DNA of 64,000 nucleotides, from positions 3,072,001-3,136,000 of the forward strand of contig CAVUSO010000001.1 of NCBI GenBank assembly GCA_963744145.1, read 5' to 3'. The notes beneath the pieces are model-generated. The model was given only the letters and a program-made list of their open reading frames with translations. It was not told where the DNA came from and did no database searches. This DNA is from an uncultured cyanobacterium. GTDB taxonomy: Bacteria > Cyanobacteriota > Cyanobacteriia > Cyanobacteriales > CAWUOF01. Position numbers and translations under genes: made by a program. How positions within the stretch are numbered: the stretch's first letter is position 1; each line of letters opens with the position of its first letter. Shown here one piece after another: positions 51,447 to 62,899 of this stretch.

Positions 51447-51728
51447 ATGATTCACGTTGCAAGTCAATATGATATTCCTGCTGATGATCTACAAACAATT
51501 AGAAATAGATTGATCAATCAAATCAAATCAATGGATGATTCTGAGTTGAGAATTATTCAACAATCACAAAAAGATTTTAGGGATTATATTGCTGATATTT
51601 TTAAAACAGTTGCTGCTACTTTTGGTTATGTTATTGGAGTAGTAATTGGAACAATAGAAGAAATATGTTATGGAATTAAAGAAGGTTTTGAAGGAGGATT
51701 TAATGCTGGAAGAAGAAAAAGAAGGTAA
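51447..51728 (+). CDS. Small helical protein (paralog of next gene)
   Basis: AAGGAG RBS; IP.DDL..IR.RLI..I.SM...ELR...S.KD.RDYIADIFK..AA..GY.I shared. Confidence 0.85.
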   Translation: MIHVASQYDIPADDLQTIRNRLINQIKSMDDSELRIIQQSQKDFRDYIADIFKTVAATFGYVIGVVIGTIEEICYGIKEGFEGGFNAGRRKRR

Positions 51729-51776
51729 GGTAAATAAATTTAATTTTAATGCTTTTAAATAAAAAGGAGTATAACT

Positions 51777-52127
51777 ATGGTTAATGTTTCTAATCAAAAT
51801 GAAATTCCTCATGATGATCTAGTACAAATTAGAGCTAGATTGATTAGTCACATAAACTCTATGACTGAAGCTGAGTTGAGAACTGTCTCAAAATCAGAAA
51901 AGGATCTTAGAGATTATATTGCTGATATTTTTAAATCAGTTGCGGCGAGTTTAGGCTATATTATTTGTGTAATAGTTGGAACATCTGAAGAAATATTAGG
52001 CGGAATAAAAATAGGTTTTAGAGATGGTTATAAAAACGGTCGTGATCCAAATTCAAGTAATCCAGTTTTGGGATTTATAATTATAGCAATTGTAACATTT
52101 ATATTAATATTGATATTCAAAAAATGA
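51777..52127 (+). CDS. Small helical protein with C-terminal TM anchor
   Basis: AAGGAG RBS; paralog of 51447 plus VLGFIIIAIVTFILILIF. Confidence 0.85.
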   Translation: MVNVSNQNEIPHDDLVQIRARLISHINSMTEAELRTVSKSEKDLRDYIADIFKSVAASLGYIICVIVGTSEEILGGIKIGFRDGYKNGRDPNSSNPVLGFIIIAIVTFILILIFKK

Positions 52128-52549
52128 GCGAATGGATACCCTTACCTTTTCCAAAATGTCCAAGATGCCAAAAATCTTGGGTAAAAAGTTATCATGATTG
52201 TTTCTCTAGTAGTGAAGTTTTAGTTGAGCCCTATCAAAGACAAGCAAAATGTGAAGGTTGTGGGAAAGAATGGTATTTACTAAACAGTCAATTTAATTGT
52301 TCTTGTGGATATGCTTTTCAAGCATCGGAAGTAGAAAAGGCGCTTTCAACAAATCAATTATTAAGACAGCGTTTAATTCATAAACTTAATGAAATGGATA
52401 TTTTTGAAAGGAGTATTAAAACTAAATCTCAAAGTTCTTTTAAAGAATGGATTGATAGTATTAGTTATGAAATCGGAAAGTTATTGGGAGCAACTACAAG
52501 TCAAGCAAAACAGTTAATTGAAAATTTTTTTGAAAAGTGGCCATTTTAA
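52124..52549 (+). CDS. Zn-ribbon protein
   Basis: CPRC, HDC, CEGC, CSCG; ATGA overlap with previous gene. Confidence 0.8.
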   Translation: MSEWIPLPFPKCPRCQKSWVKSYHDCFSSSEVLVEPYQRQAKCEGCGKEWYLLNSQFNCSCGYAFQASEVEKALSTNQLLRQRLIHKLNEMDIFERSIKTKSQSSFKEWIDSISYEIGKLLGATTSQAKQLIENFFEKWPF

Positions 52550-52711
52550 CTATTCTCTATTTTATAAACTTTTTAAGAATAATAATTTGGGGTTTATTTT
52601 TTGTTGCATAAACTATCTAGTGCGATTTCGGAAAATGCAGAATAGTTTATATTTCTAACCAATTCTCTAAATTTAAAACCTCATTTCTCAATAAATTACT
52701 CTCATTATGTA

Positions 52712-52938
52712 TTATATTAATTCTAAAAAATCCTCGATTGTTAAATCACAATCTTGAAGGATTTTAGCAAATAAACCTCATTTTCTATTTCTAAACAGAG
52801 TTCAATAGCCTCTTTTATTCTCTCTATTAATTCATCAAAAGTTCGGGCTTGAGTGTGACATCCTTTTAATGTAGGTACAGAAGCTACTAAATACCCATCC
52901 GCATCTTTTTCAATAATTACATTAAAATATTCACTCAT
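52712..52938 (-). pseudogene. hicB: hicB fused by deletion to the 3' end of hicA
   Basis: HicB motif VASVPTLKGCHTQA..ELIERIKEAIEL; alternate frame at 52712-52780 reads GLFAKILQDCDLTIEDFLELI, like a HicA C-terminus. Confidence 0.75.
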
Positions 52939-52989
52939 ATTTCTCCTGGTTTGGCGATCGCATTACTGAGATTATCCTCAAGATAAAGT

Positions 52990-53505
52990 TCAAATTAACA
53001 CCCTTGAAACACTAAAAGCAGGTTTAATAAACTCATTTTTATCCTCTAAACTAATATAACTCTGAATCATTGCAAGTTCCATTAATTCAGTTAAAAACCG
53101 CTTTAACTCTTCTAACACTTGTTGCTTATTTAATATCACTAATTTTTCCTCTGTTGAATAACCAAATTCCCTCAAATAACATTTAATCTCATCACCAATA
53201 GGCACAAACTTAATAATTAACCAACAGCTTTCAGCAAACTCTAACTCAATCGCGTTACCTGTTTCTAACTGAGCAATTAATTCAGGTAAATTATCCTCTA
53301 ATATCATGCAAATATCAGGATCTAGAAAAACAAAATATTCCTCATTAGCAACTCTAACTAAAACCTGACAATCGTATTCATAACAAAACTTTCTTATCCC
53401 TAATTCAAAAGCTGATAATTCTCCTAAAGGATCATCAGGAGGAGGGGCGAAGTTTTCTAAATTACGCTCTTTTAATTGAATTTCAAACTGATCATTACTA
53501 TTCAT
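52990..53505 (-). CDS. Acidic hypothetical protein, putative immunity protein
   Basis: ATGA-coupled downstream of toxin-like ORF; Glu/Asp-rich. Confidence 0.7.
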   Translation of the reverse strand: MNSNDQFEIQLKERNLENFAPPPDDPLGELSAFELGIRKFCYEYDCQVLVRVANEEYFVFLDPDICMILEDNLPELIAQLETGNAIELEFAESCWLIIKFVPIGDEIKCYLREFGYSTEEKLVILNKQQVLEELKRFLTELMELAMIQSYISLEDKNEFIKPAFSVSRVLI

Positions 53506-53948
53506 ATTTCTCTCCTTAAATTGTAAGTATCTTCTACTGGATAAGCATATCTTAAAGTACCATCAGGTTTTCTTTTAATATTAATGCGAGTTACATTTTC
53601 CGTAATTGTTCCATCTCTATGATAAACTCTACCCACAGGACGCTTAAAATCAATGATATATCTACCCGAATATTTGGGTGTTACTCTTTCAGCTAAAATT
53701 ATATCATCATCATTTAACCATTGTCCTTGATCTCGATTACTACTTGCTATCCTTCCCTGAATTTGAGCAGGTTTAAGATGTGAACCATGATGCCGTAAAA
53801 TATGATCATAAACTTTAGCACATTTAGGATTATCCCATTGAGGCTCTTTTCCAGTCCCTTTCCATTCACAACCACTACCTACCTCAACCGTTGAATTAAT
53901 AATATCAGCTTCAACAATTTCGATCGAGTCTAATTCATCAAACGACAA
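53502..53948 (-). CDS. Putative nuclease toxin domain protein
   Basis: TTG start with GAGG RBS; DHILRHH near the start and DGTLRYAYPV at the end, a pattern typical of polymorphic-toxin RNase tips. Confidence 0.6.
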   Translation of the reverse strand: MSFDELDSIEIVEADIINSTVEVGSGCEWKGTGKEPQWDNPKCAKVYDHILRHHGSHLKPAQIQGRIASSNRDQGQWLNDDDIILAERVTPKYSGRYIIDFKRPVGRVYHRDGTITENVTRINIKRKPDGTLRYAYPVEDTYNLRREI

Positions 53949-54030
53949 TCAATTTAACCTCATCATGAATCAATATAATGTTATCAAAACCCAAAAACGT
54001 ATATTGGTATCTAATAAATAAGTCATGGGT

Positions 54031-54327
54031 TTATTTTCGTTTAATGACCTCATCAAAAATAGCTATTTGCTCAGGTGTTAATTCATTCAAAGTTCCTGCT
54101 ACTGCTTCTGTCACCATAATTGAGCTACAACGTTTTTTTAATTCCTGCTCTGACAGCGCATTGAATTGTTCAATAAGTAAATTTTCCTGAAATATTTGAA
54201 ATAAGTGCTTAATCATTTCTGCGTGATTAAGTTCTTTTTTAAACAAAGGACGTTCTTCCATTAAAACAGAAACTACTTGCTCAATTCTCTTCAGCATTGA
54301 TTCTGGTCTCATATCAGTTGATAACAT
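54031..54327 (-). CDS. Hypothetical helical protein
   Basis: ATG ORF with GAGG RBS; ends LNELTPEQIAIFDEVIKRK. Confidence 0.65.
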   Translation of the reverse strand: MLSTDMRPESMLKRIEQVVSVLMEERPLFKKELNHAEMIKHLFQIFQENLLIEQFNALSEQELKKRCSSIMVTEAVAGTLNELTPEQIAIFDEVIKRK

Positions 54328-54577
54328 GATGATTGCCTCTGGTATAAACAACATTGGTTTATATTATATCAGGCTTTTTAAATTTCTGCTATCTTCTGAT
54401 CCCTGATCGTTAAGATTAGTTTACCCTGGATAGTCATCTTTCCACAGGCAACATTTTTTTCTCTTATTGAAAATTTTAGATAACCAGAAACTTATAATAA
54501 ATCATTATAGCCTAAAATGACTTTCGATATAAATGGGTATAAATAGAATTGAGGATTTTTTTTTCGGAATACCTACC

Positions 54578-54703
54578 TCAATAGTCCGGACGTTTTTTAT
54601 GCCATAGCCTGAAATCTCTGATTTTTCATTGACAGAGCAAGAATAATAGGTGGATAAAACACTTATTCTACCGTTGGCAATCAAAAACTGTCCGAAGTAT
54701 TGA
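54578..54703. mobile_element. Possible ~126-bp MITE remnant
   Basis: Imperfect inverted ends TCAATAGTCCGGACGTTTTT / AAAAACTGTCCGAAGTATTGA; no clear target duplication. Confidence 0.45.
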
Positions 54704-54773
54704 CTTAAAACAGTTATAATATTAGAGTGGAGGTTCTGTAGATCGCGACTTCTTAGTTAAGACTTTAATTCTC

Positions 54774-55190
54774 ATGCCAGCAAAAGATACTTACCATGAA
54801 ACAGTTAAAAATGCTTTAATTAAGGATGGCTGGACTATTGTAGCTGATCCTTATACGATAAAATATGAGGAACTACAGTTATTTGCCGATTTGTTTGCGG
54901 AAAGAGTAGTAGAAGCTCAACGAGATGGACAACAAATTATTGTTGAAATTAAAAGTTTTATCAGTCGCTCGGCTATGTACGACTTTGAATTGACATTAGG
55001 CCAGTATATTGTCTATCGTACTTTATTAAAAACTATTCTTCCTGAGTCTAAAATATATTTAGGAATTGGCCAAGAGATTTATCAATCATTTTTCACCCAA
55101 AAAGCGATTCAACTTGTAATTCAAGAGAATAATATTCTTTTAATTGTTATTAATCTTAATCAGGAGGAGATTGTACAATGGATAAGTTAA
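54774..55190 (+). CDS. xisH: XisH family protein
   Basis: MPAKDTYHETVKNALIKDGW, VEIKSF, LGQYIVYR. Confidence 0.93.
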   Translation: MPAKDTYHETVKNALIKDGWTIVADPYTIKYEELQLFADLFAERVVEAQRDGQQIIVEIKSFISRSAMYDFELTLGQYIVYRTLLKTILPESKIYLGIGQEIYQSFFTQKAIQLVIQENNILLIVINLNQEEIVQWIS

Positions 55191-55522
55191 GTCATTATCG
55201 CAATTTGATCAAAAAAATTCTGACAGAATACGAACAATTAGCTTCACAAACTCCTAATCCTACTGGGGTTGACAGTGTATTAGCTTTTGATGACGAAAGG
55301 GATCAATACCTTTGGGTTCAAATAGGTTGGCATGAAAGTAAAAAAGTTAGAGGTATTACCGTTTATGTGCGGATTAAAAATGAGAAAATCTGGATTGAGG
55401 AAGATTGGACAGAAGCAGGTATTGCTACTGAATTATTAAGGGAGGGAGTCCCTCACTGTGATATTGTTTTAGCTTTTCATTCTCCAGAGATCAGAAAGTT
55501 TACGGAGTTTGCGTTAGCGTAG
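55178..55522 (+). CDS. xisI: XisI family protein
   Basis: KIWIEEDWTEAGIATELLREGVP. Confidence 0.93.
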   Translation: MDKLSHYRNLIKKILTEYEQLASQTPNPTGVDSVLAFDDERDQYLWVQIGWHESKKVRGITVYVRIKNEKIWIEEDWTEAGIATELLREGVPHCDIVLAFHSPEIRKFTEFALA

Positions 55523-55625
55523 CTTACCGTAGGTATCGCTTAAATTGCCATCAATTTTTACAGCAATTGCTCACCTATCCTCAAAGTGCGATCGCATCTT
55601 CTTTGTTACCATAAAGAGGGATAAC

Positions 55626-57216
55626 TTAAGTTTCGATCGAGAATTGCTCTGGGTCAATATCCCAGTTTACCCAAGTCACAGCTTCACGAGCAGATTGGAT
55701 AGTCGGAGGTACTCGTAAAACATGAATATGAGCTGTGCTAGGACAAGTCATCTTTAATAAATACATAGGTTCTCTATCGATATTATCTATTCTTAATAGA
55801 GTATATTCTCTCCAACAATTTAATTCTCTTGCTGTTAATTCTTGGCAAATTCTTTCATAACCAAATAATTGAATTAAAGCTCGACGTTATTAAAAGAAAA
55901 TCTTGATTATTATCCCTAAGTAAACGCCTTACAGCATTAATAGCTGATTTATTAATGATACTATAATTAAAATCAATATTAAAGAGATGAATATGATTGG
56001 TCATTGAACAAGTAATTTTCAGTGCATAATGTTCTACATTTTTTAATTTTAATAAAATAAATTCTTGCCAATGGTCTATTTCTACTACTTCTAATTCTTG
56101 ATAAACTCGTGACAAACCAAAGAATTGAATTAAAGCTCGACATATTTCAACATTTTGTTCTTCTAAAATTAATGCTGGTCGCAACTTTTCAGGATGAATT
56201 TTATCATATTTTTCTGGAAAAATTATTCCATGATGAGCATATATATAATCATCTCCTATTTGGGTCGCGGGCATTCCATGCAATCTTTTATTTTCATCAT
56301 AGAAAACCTGACGAGGCAAATTATTAGGCTTACAGAGATGCCCAAATATTAAAAGAAAATATTGATTATTATTACTAAGTAAATTTGTGACAGCAAGACG
56401 AATATCTGATTTATCAAAATAACCGAAAATATTAAAGAGATGACTATGATTGGTCATTGAACAAGTAATTTTTAGTGCATAATGTTCTACATTTTTTAAT
56501 TTTAATAAAATAAACTCTTGCCAATGGTCTATTTCTACTACTTCTAATTCTTGATAAACTCGTGACAAACCTATTAGCTGAATTAAAATATCATTTACAT
56601 ATTGGTCTTGCTCTTCTAAAATCAATTTTGATTGTAACTTTTCAGGGGAAATTTTATCATATCTTTCTGGTAAAAATCTTCCATGATAAGCATACATATA
56701 GTAATTATCTACAAATTGAATTGCTGGAATTCCATGCAATTTTTTCTTATTATCATAAAAAAGATTGGGGGTAAAATTGTTAAACTTCGAGATATTTTTA
56801 AATACCAAAATAAAATCTTGATTATGACTACTAAGTAAATCTATTACAGCTTGACGAGCTGATTTATTAAGGAAGAAATCTGATTGTAAATGATGATCAT
56901 TATATGGAGGATGGAAAAGATAAATACGATTGTTTTTAACACAAATAACTTTTAATAAATAAATTGTTTCTGCATATAGGTATTCAGATTTTTTTATTGT
57001 TTTTTTCGGCTTTACTTTTAATAGTTGATATTCTCGCCAATGGTCTACTTCTCTTAATCTTAATTCTTGGGAAATGCGTGAATAACCTATCCGATCGATT
57101 AAAAGACAACGTATATTAATATCTGCTTCTTGAAAAATAAACTCAACTTTTAAATCATTATCTTGAAGTCCTTGGTATTTTTCTGGTAAATTTACTTGAT
57201 TATTTTGATAATTCAT
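55626..57216 (-). pseudogene. Tandem-repeat DUF6745-like protein frameshifted before its last domain
   Basis: ~140-aa repeats (QELEVVEIDHWQEF..LKITCSMT..YAHHG..PEKY). The canonical terminus LLKMTCPST.HIHVLRVPP..SAREAVTWVNWDIDPEQFSIET is out of frame at 55626-55886. Confidence 0.8.
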
Positions 57217-57470
57217 AATTTTAATAGAGTAAAGTTAAAAATTAATCAAGATAATTCTCATTTTATCATTATATCATAACCTGTTGCAGGAATCAAGCTA
57301 AAAATAGCAAAATTTAAGCCATGGAAACTGGGAGAATGAGGGAAGAGATCGCCCAAACCAGCTAAAATCCGGAAGATCCTAGGGTATTGATCTACTTAAT
57401 CTAAGAAAATTTAATTAATATATATCTTTCAGCATTAGTCCCACTTCCAGAAATTGGCAAAACCACAATC

Positions 57471-60400
57471 ATGATGAAAAATTTTCCAGGGTATCAGCAT
57501 TTACGGCAAATTTACGACGGTGAAAACTCGCGGGTCTATCGCGCTCAACGGATTGAAGATCAGCAACCCACGATCCTGAAAATCCTCAAAGCAGAATATC
57601 CAACTCCCGACCAACTCAGACGTTATCGACAAGAGTATTACTTAACGCGATCGCTAGAGTTACCCAATGTAATTAAAGCTTATGGGTTAGAAGAATGGCA
57701 AAAAACCCTAGTAATTATTTTTGAAGATTTTGGTGGGGTTGCGTTGAAAGAGTGGTTGAAACAATACCCCCAGGGATTACCGCTTAATTTATTTCTGCTC
57801 ATAGCATTGGAAATTGCTAATGCTTTGGGTCAACTCCATAGTCAAGCTATTATTCATAAAGATATCAATCCAGCGAATATTGTCCTTAACCCAGAGACAA
57901 TGGTAATCAAACTGATCGATCTAGGTATTTCGACTCAACTCAGTCGGGAAAATCCGGTATTGCAATCCCCACTTTTTCTAGAAGGAACCTTATTGTATAT
58001 TTCCCCAGAACAAACCGGAAGGATGAATCGAGTAGTAGACTACCGTACCGATTTTTATTCTTTAGGAGTTACTTTCTATGAGTTATTGACAGGTAGATTA
58101 CCATTTATCAGCAATGATCCAATGGAATTAGTCCATTGCCAAATTGCTAAACAGCCTGTTTCCTTGGTAGAAATTAAAGGTGGAGAGATTCCCCAGATGC
58201 TGGTAGAAATAGTCAGCAAATTGATGGCAAAAAATGCTGAAGAGCGTTACCAAAGTGCTTGGGGACTGAAAGCAGATTGAGAAGAGTGTTTAATTAATTG
58301 GGAAAAAACCGGAACGATCGCAGTTTTTCCTATAGGTAGGAATGATATTGCCGATCAGTTTCAAATTCCGCAGAAGCTCTATGGTCGAGAGCGAGAAATA
58401 GCAGCATTATTAACAGCTTTTGAACGGATCGCAAGAGGTAAATCAACATTAGAAATTAGCAATCATGGGGCAGAGATTGTTCTGGTCACAGGTTACTCTG
58501 GAATTGGCAAATCAGCTCTAGTGCGATCGCTCTACCAACCGATGACAGCAAAAAGAGGATATTTCATTTCTGGGAAGTTTGACCAGTTTCAGCGAAATAT
58601 TCCCTATTCAGCTCTAGTAGATGCTTTGACCAACTTAGTGAAGCAACTATTAGGAGAGCCAGAAACAGTTCTTCAGCAATGGCAAAAACAATTATTACAA
58701 GCATTGGGAAACAACGGGCAAATCGCGATCGAGGTGATTCCTGATCTGGAATTAATTATTGGTAAACAACCACCCGTACCAGAATTGGGACCGATCGAAT
58801 CCCAAAATCGATTTAACTTAGTTTTTCAACAGTTGATCCAAGCATTATGTCAACCAGATCATCCCCTGGTCATGTTTCTGGATGATATGCAATGGACAGA
58901 TTTAGCCACATTAAGTCTATTGGAACAACTTTTGGGAGACAGTCAAATCCATAATTTATTACTAATTATTGCCTATCGAGACAATGAATTAGGGAGTGGT
59001 CATCCCCTCGATTTAGCGATCGCCCAACTGCAACGCAAGGAAGTCAATCTCGAACAAATTACCTTAACACCACTACCTTTAGACCAAATTGCACTACTAA
59101 TAGCAGAAACTCTACAATGTGAAACCCAATCAGTCTATGGGTTAGCTGAATTAGTGAAGCACAAAACCCAGGGAAATCCATTTTTTACCAATCAATTTCT
59201 CAAAACTCTTTATAGCGAAGGCTTACTGGTATTCAATCACATTTTAGCCTGTTGGCAATGGGATTTAGCCCGAATTGAGGGGATAGGTTTTACCGATAAT
59301 GTGGTGGAACTGATGATCGGACAATTGCAAAAGTTGCCCAAATCGGTGCAAGGGGTACTATCCACTGCGGCATATTTGGGGACAGAATTTGATCTCAAAA
59401 CCCTATCCTTGATCGAGAATCAAACACCAACAGTGATCTTTGCAGACCTCAAACTAGCAATGGAAGCGGGATTTGTGGTAGCGCGATCGCATCTAGATGA
59501 AAACTTGCTAATTCAAAATTACCAGTTCGGACATGATCAGATTCAACAAGCTGCTTATGTCCTGATTCCCGCAGATGAACAGGTAGCCAAGCATTTACAA
59601 ATCGGACGTATCTTATTAGAGAAAATTACCCATACCGATCTAGATGATAACTTGTTTGATATTGTCGATCACCTCAATCAAGGTCTAGCGCAGGTGAGTG
59701 ATCCTCATGAAAGGGAGGATTTTGCTCGTTTAAATCTCAGAGCAGGACAAAAGGCGATCGGTGCTTCTGCTTATCAAGTAGCGATCACTTACCTACAACA
59801 GGGAATTTTTCTTTTGAGTCCAAATTCTTGGGAATGTCAGTATGGTTTGAGCTTATTGTTGCATGAAGAAGCAGTCAAAGCAGCTTTCCTCAGTGGTGAA
59901 CTGGAGTTAATGGAACATCTGAGCGCGATCGTGATGACCAAAGCCCACACTGCTTTAGAACAGGTAAAAGTAAGTACGATTCTAATTGAAGCCTATGGCA
60001 ATCAGGGCAAACTCTTAAAAGCAATTGATATTGGCTTAGATATCTTAGCCCAACTAGGGATTATATTTCCGAAAACACCACAAGATGCTGATTGTGCCCA
60101 ATCTTTAGAAAAGATCGAAAGACTTCTGGCTGATAAACAACCAGGTGAACTAATTAATCTAGCCGAAATGCAAGATCCGATCGCCTTAGCAGCGTTGCAT
60201 CTTCTAGTTAAATTAAGACCTGTGGTTTTTACTAGCTCCCTAGCCTGCTTAAATTTGTTAATCACTCTCAAAGAAATAGAGCTTTCTATCTTTTATGGCA
60301 ATGCACCGCTTTCTGCAATAGCTTACTCCGCCTATGGACTATTTCTCTGTAGTCATGGTAGAAATAATATAGACAGAGGATATGCTTTTGGTGAATTGGC

Positions 60401-62573
60401 GCTGACCCTCATCTCACAGTCTGATAGTAAGGAATTTGAAACTACTGTCAAGATGATCGTACATTCCTTTATCAGTCACTGGAAAATTCATTTAAAAGAG
60501 ACTTTAGAACCCCTACAATCCGCCCATAATGTTGGTTTAGCTGTCGGAAATTTTGCTTATGCTGGCTATACCGCGTTTGACTATTGTACTCATGCCTATC
60601 TAATCGGTAAACCCCTCTCGGAGGTACAGCAAGAAATGCAACATTACAGTGCAGCTCTGAAGCGGATGGGTCAGCAATCTGCCCTATTCTATCTCCAAGG
60701 ATACCATCAGGCAGTGGTAAATCTGATGGATTCATCCTCCCAAACTTACAACTTTGCCGGAGAAATATTTGATGAACAAGAAGTGATTGAGCTGTTGAAG
60801 TTACAACAGAATCAAGCAGGACTATGGCATTTATATACGGTAAAACTGCCTTTATGCTATCTGTTTGAAGAATTTGTCCTCGCTCATCAAATTAGTGAAC
60901 TTGCGAAGCAATGTATTGGTAGTGGTATGGCTGGAGTTGCTGTACCGATTCTCTATTTTTACGATTCTCTCTGTTGTCTAGCACTGATGTCAGAAAAATC
61001 AATTCCAGAGTCGGATTTACTTTGGCAACAGGTAGAAGCGAATCAGCATTTGATGGAATATTGGAGTGTTTCAGCTCCCATGAATTATCGTCACAAGTTC
61101 GATTTAGTTGCAGCCGAACGCCAAAGACTATTAGGAGAAAAGCTAGCAGCGATCGCTCTGTATGAGAGTTCGATCGCTGGAGCTAAAGAACATGGTTATA
61201 TTCAAGAAGCAGCTTTAGCTAACGAACTCGCGGCTAAATTTTACCTAAGTTGGGGAATGGAAAAAATTGCTCAAGCTTATCTACAAGAGGCTCATTACTA
61301 CTACCTCTGTTGGGGTGCAACTGCGAAAGTTCATCATCTAGAAACTCGCTATCCCCAGTTTTTTGTAAGTGAACGATCGTCTTGTTTACCTATTTCTCGG
61401 ACTTCTCTTAATAGCAGTAGTAATAGTAGTAGTGCAGCTCTCGATTTGTCTACGGTGATGAAATCTTCTCAGGCGATCGCGAGTGAAATTGTGTTAGAAA
61501 ATCTCTTGCAGACTTTGATGAAAATTCTGCTAGAAAATGCGGGGGCACAGATGGGGTGTTTGTTGTTACCAACATCAACAACTTTAGGAACATCGACTAA
61601 GTTTTCGATCGCGATTTATCACCATGCTAATGGTACTAACTCTTATCCGACCCAAGCAATCAATCTAATTTTGCCAGAATCGTTGCTTCATTATGTAGCG
61701 CGTACCCATAAAAGTGTAATTCTTGATAATCCGGTAAATTCGGGTAACTTCAGCCGTGATCCTTATATTCAATCAGTACAACCACTTTCGATTTTATGCT
61801 ATCCGTTACTCAATCAAGGTGAATTAGTGGGGATAATTTATTTAGAACATCAAGTTACTACAGGAGCTTTTACTAGCACTCAGGTGGAGTTATTGCAATT
61901 ATTGAGCGGACAAGCGGCGATCGCGATTACTAATGCTCAACTTTATGCCAAAGTTAGAAATAGTGAAAAAATTCTGAGCAATTACAATCGCACTTTAGAG
62001 CAGCAAGTAGCAGAACGTACCGCAGCATTACAACGCGCTAATCAAGAATTAGCTCGACTAGCAATATTAGATGGTTTAACTAAAATTGCTAATCGTCGTC
62101 GCTTTGATGACTATTTGATGAGAGAGTGGGAACGACATCTTCAGGAACAACAATCTCTAGCTTTAATTTTAATTGATATCGATTATTTCAAACGTTATAA
62201 TGATCACTATGGACATCAGGGTGGTGATGAATGTTTAATTCGAGTAGCTCAGACTCTTGCTCAAGTCCCCCAATATCCTCACGATTTAGTTGCCCGTTAT
62301 GGTGGTGAAGAATTTGCTGCAATTTTGCCTAATACTAATATCAATGGTGCCTTAATTGTCGCTGAGTCTATCCGACAAGCGATCGCTGCTCTTGCTATTC
62401 CCCACGCTCAATCGGAGGTGAAAGAATATGTTACCTTAAGTTTAGGTGTAGCGGCTATTATTCCCACTCTTGATCAACAACCAGAAGAGTTAATTGCCCA
62501 AGCTGATCAAGCTCTTTACCGTGCCAAACATCAAGGTCGCGATCGCGCGATCGCCTATAGAAATATAATTTGA
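57471..62573 (+). pseudogene. Ser/Thr kinase-AAA ATPase-GAF-GGDEF protein split by one in-frame TGA (58278-58280)
   Basis: HKDINPAN kinase; frame continues *EECL...KLYGRERE...GYSGIGKS into the 58521 ORF; GAF; ARYGGEEF. Confidence 0.88.
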
Positions 62574-62899
62574 GTCGAATTGAATAAAAAATAGCAGGAG
62601 TTAATCACTTAGAAATCAAGGAAAGTCAAGTTGATCTAAACCAACTGCTCGGACTCATTATAAGCATTATATTTACTGACCAACTAAAAAAATAAAGCTG
62701 TATATAAAGTGGCATAGATAATTGGGTAATATCGGGTCAGATCAATGCTCTGGTAAAAAAAATGTAGTATACTAAACTCAGAGTGATGTGAGATTTTGAG
62801 ACATGACCTAGTAAAGATTTACAATTAATATGCTAAAAAACATCAAGGTGCTTTTCCTACTACCTCGGTCATATTTTCTCAAGTCTAATACTCGTTTAT

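Noticed and set aside
48942..55522. fdxN-type excision element implied by xisH/xisI
   Set aside because: No recombinase or nif/fdxN context; xisHI pairs are widespread standalone modules
5501..58280. TGA recoding suggested by in-frame TGA at 5501, 49107, 50500 and 58278
   Set aside because: TGA is the true stop of intact genes (7883, 12338, 17623), and three of the four affected genes carry other lesions
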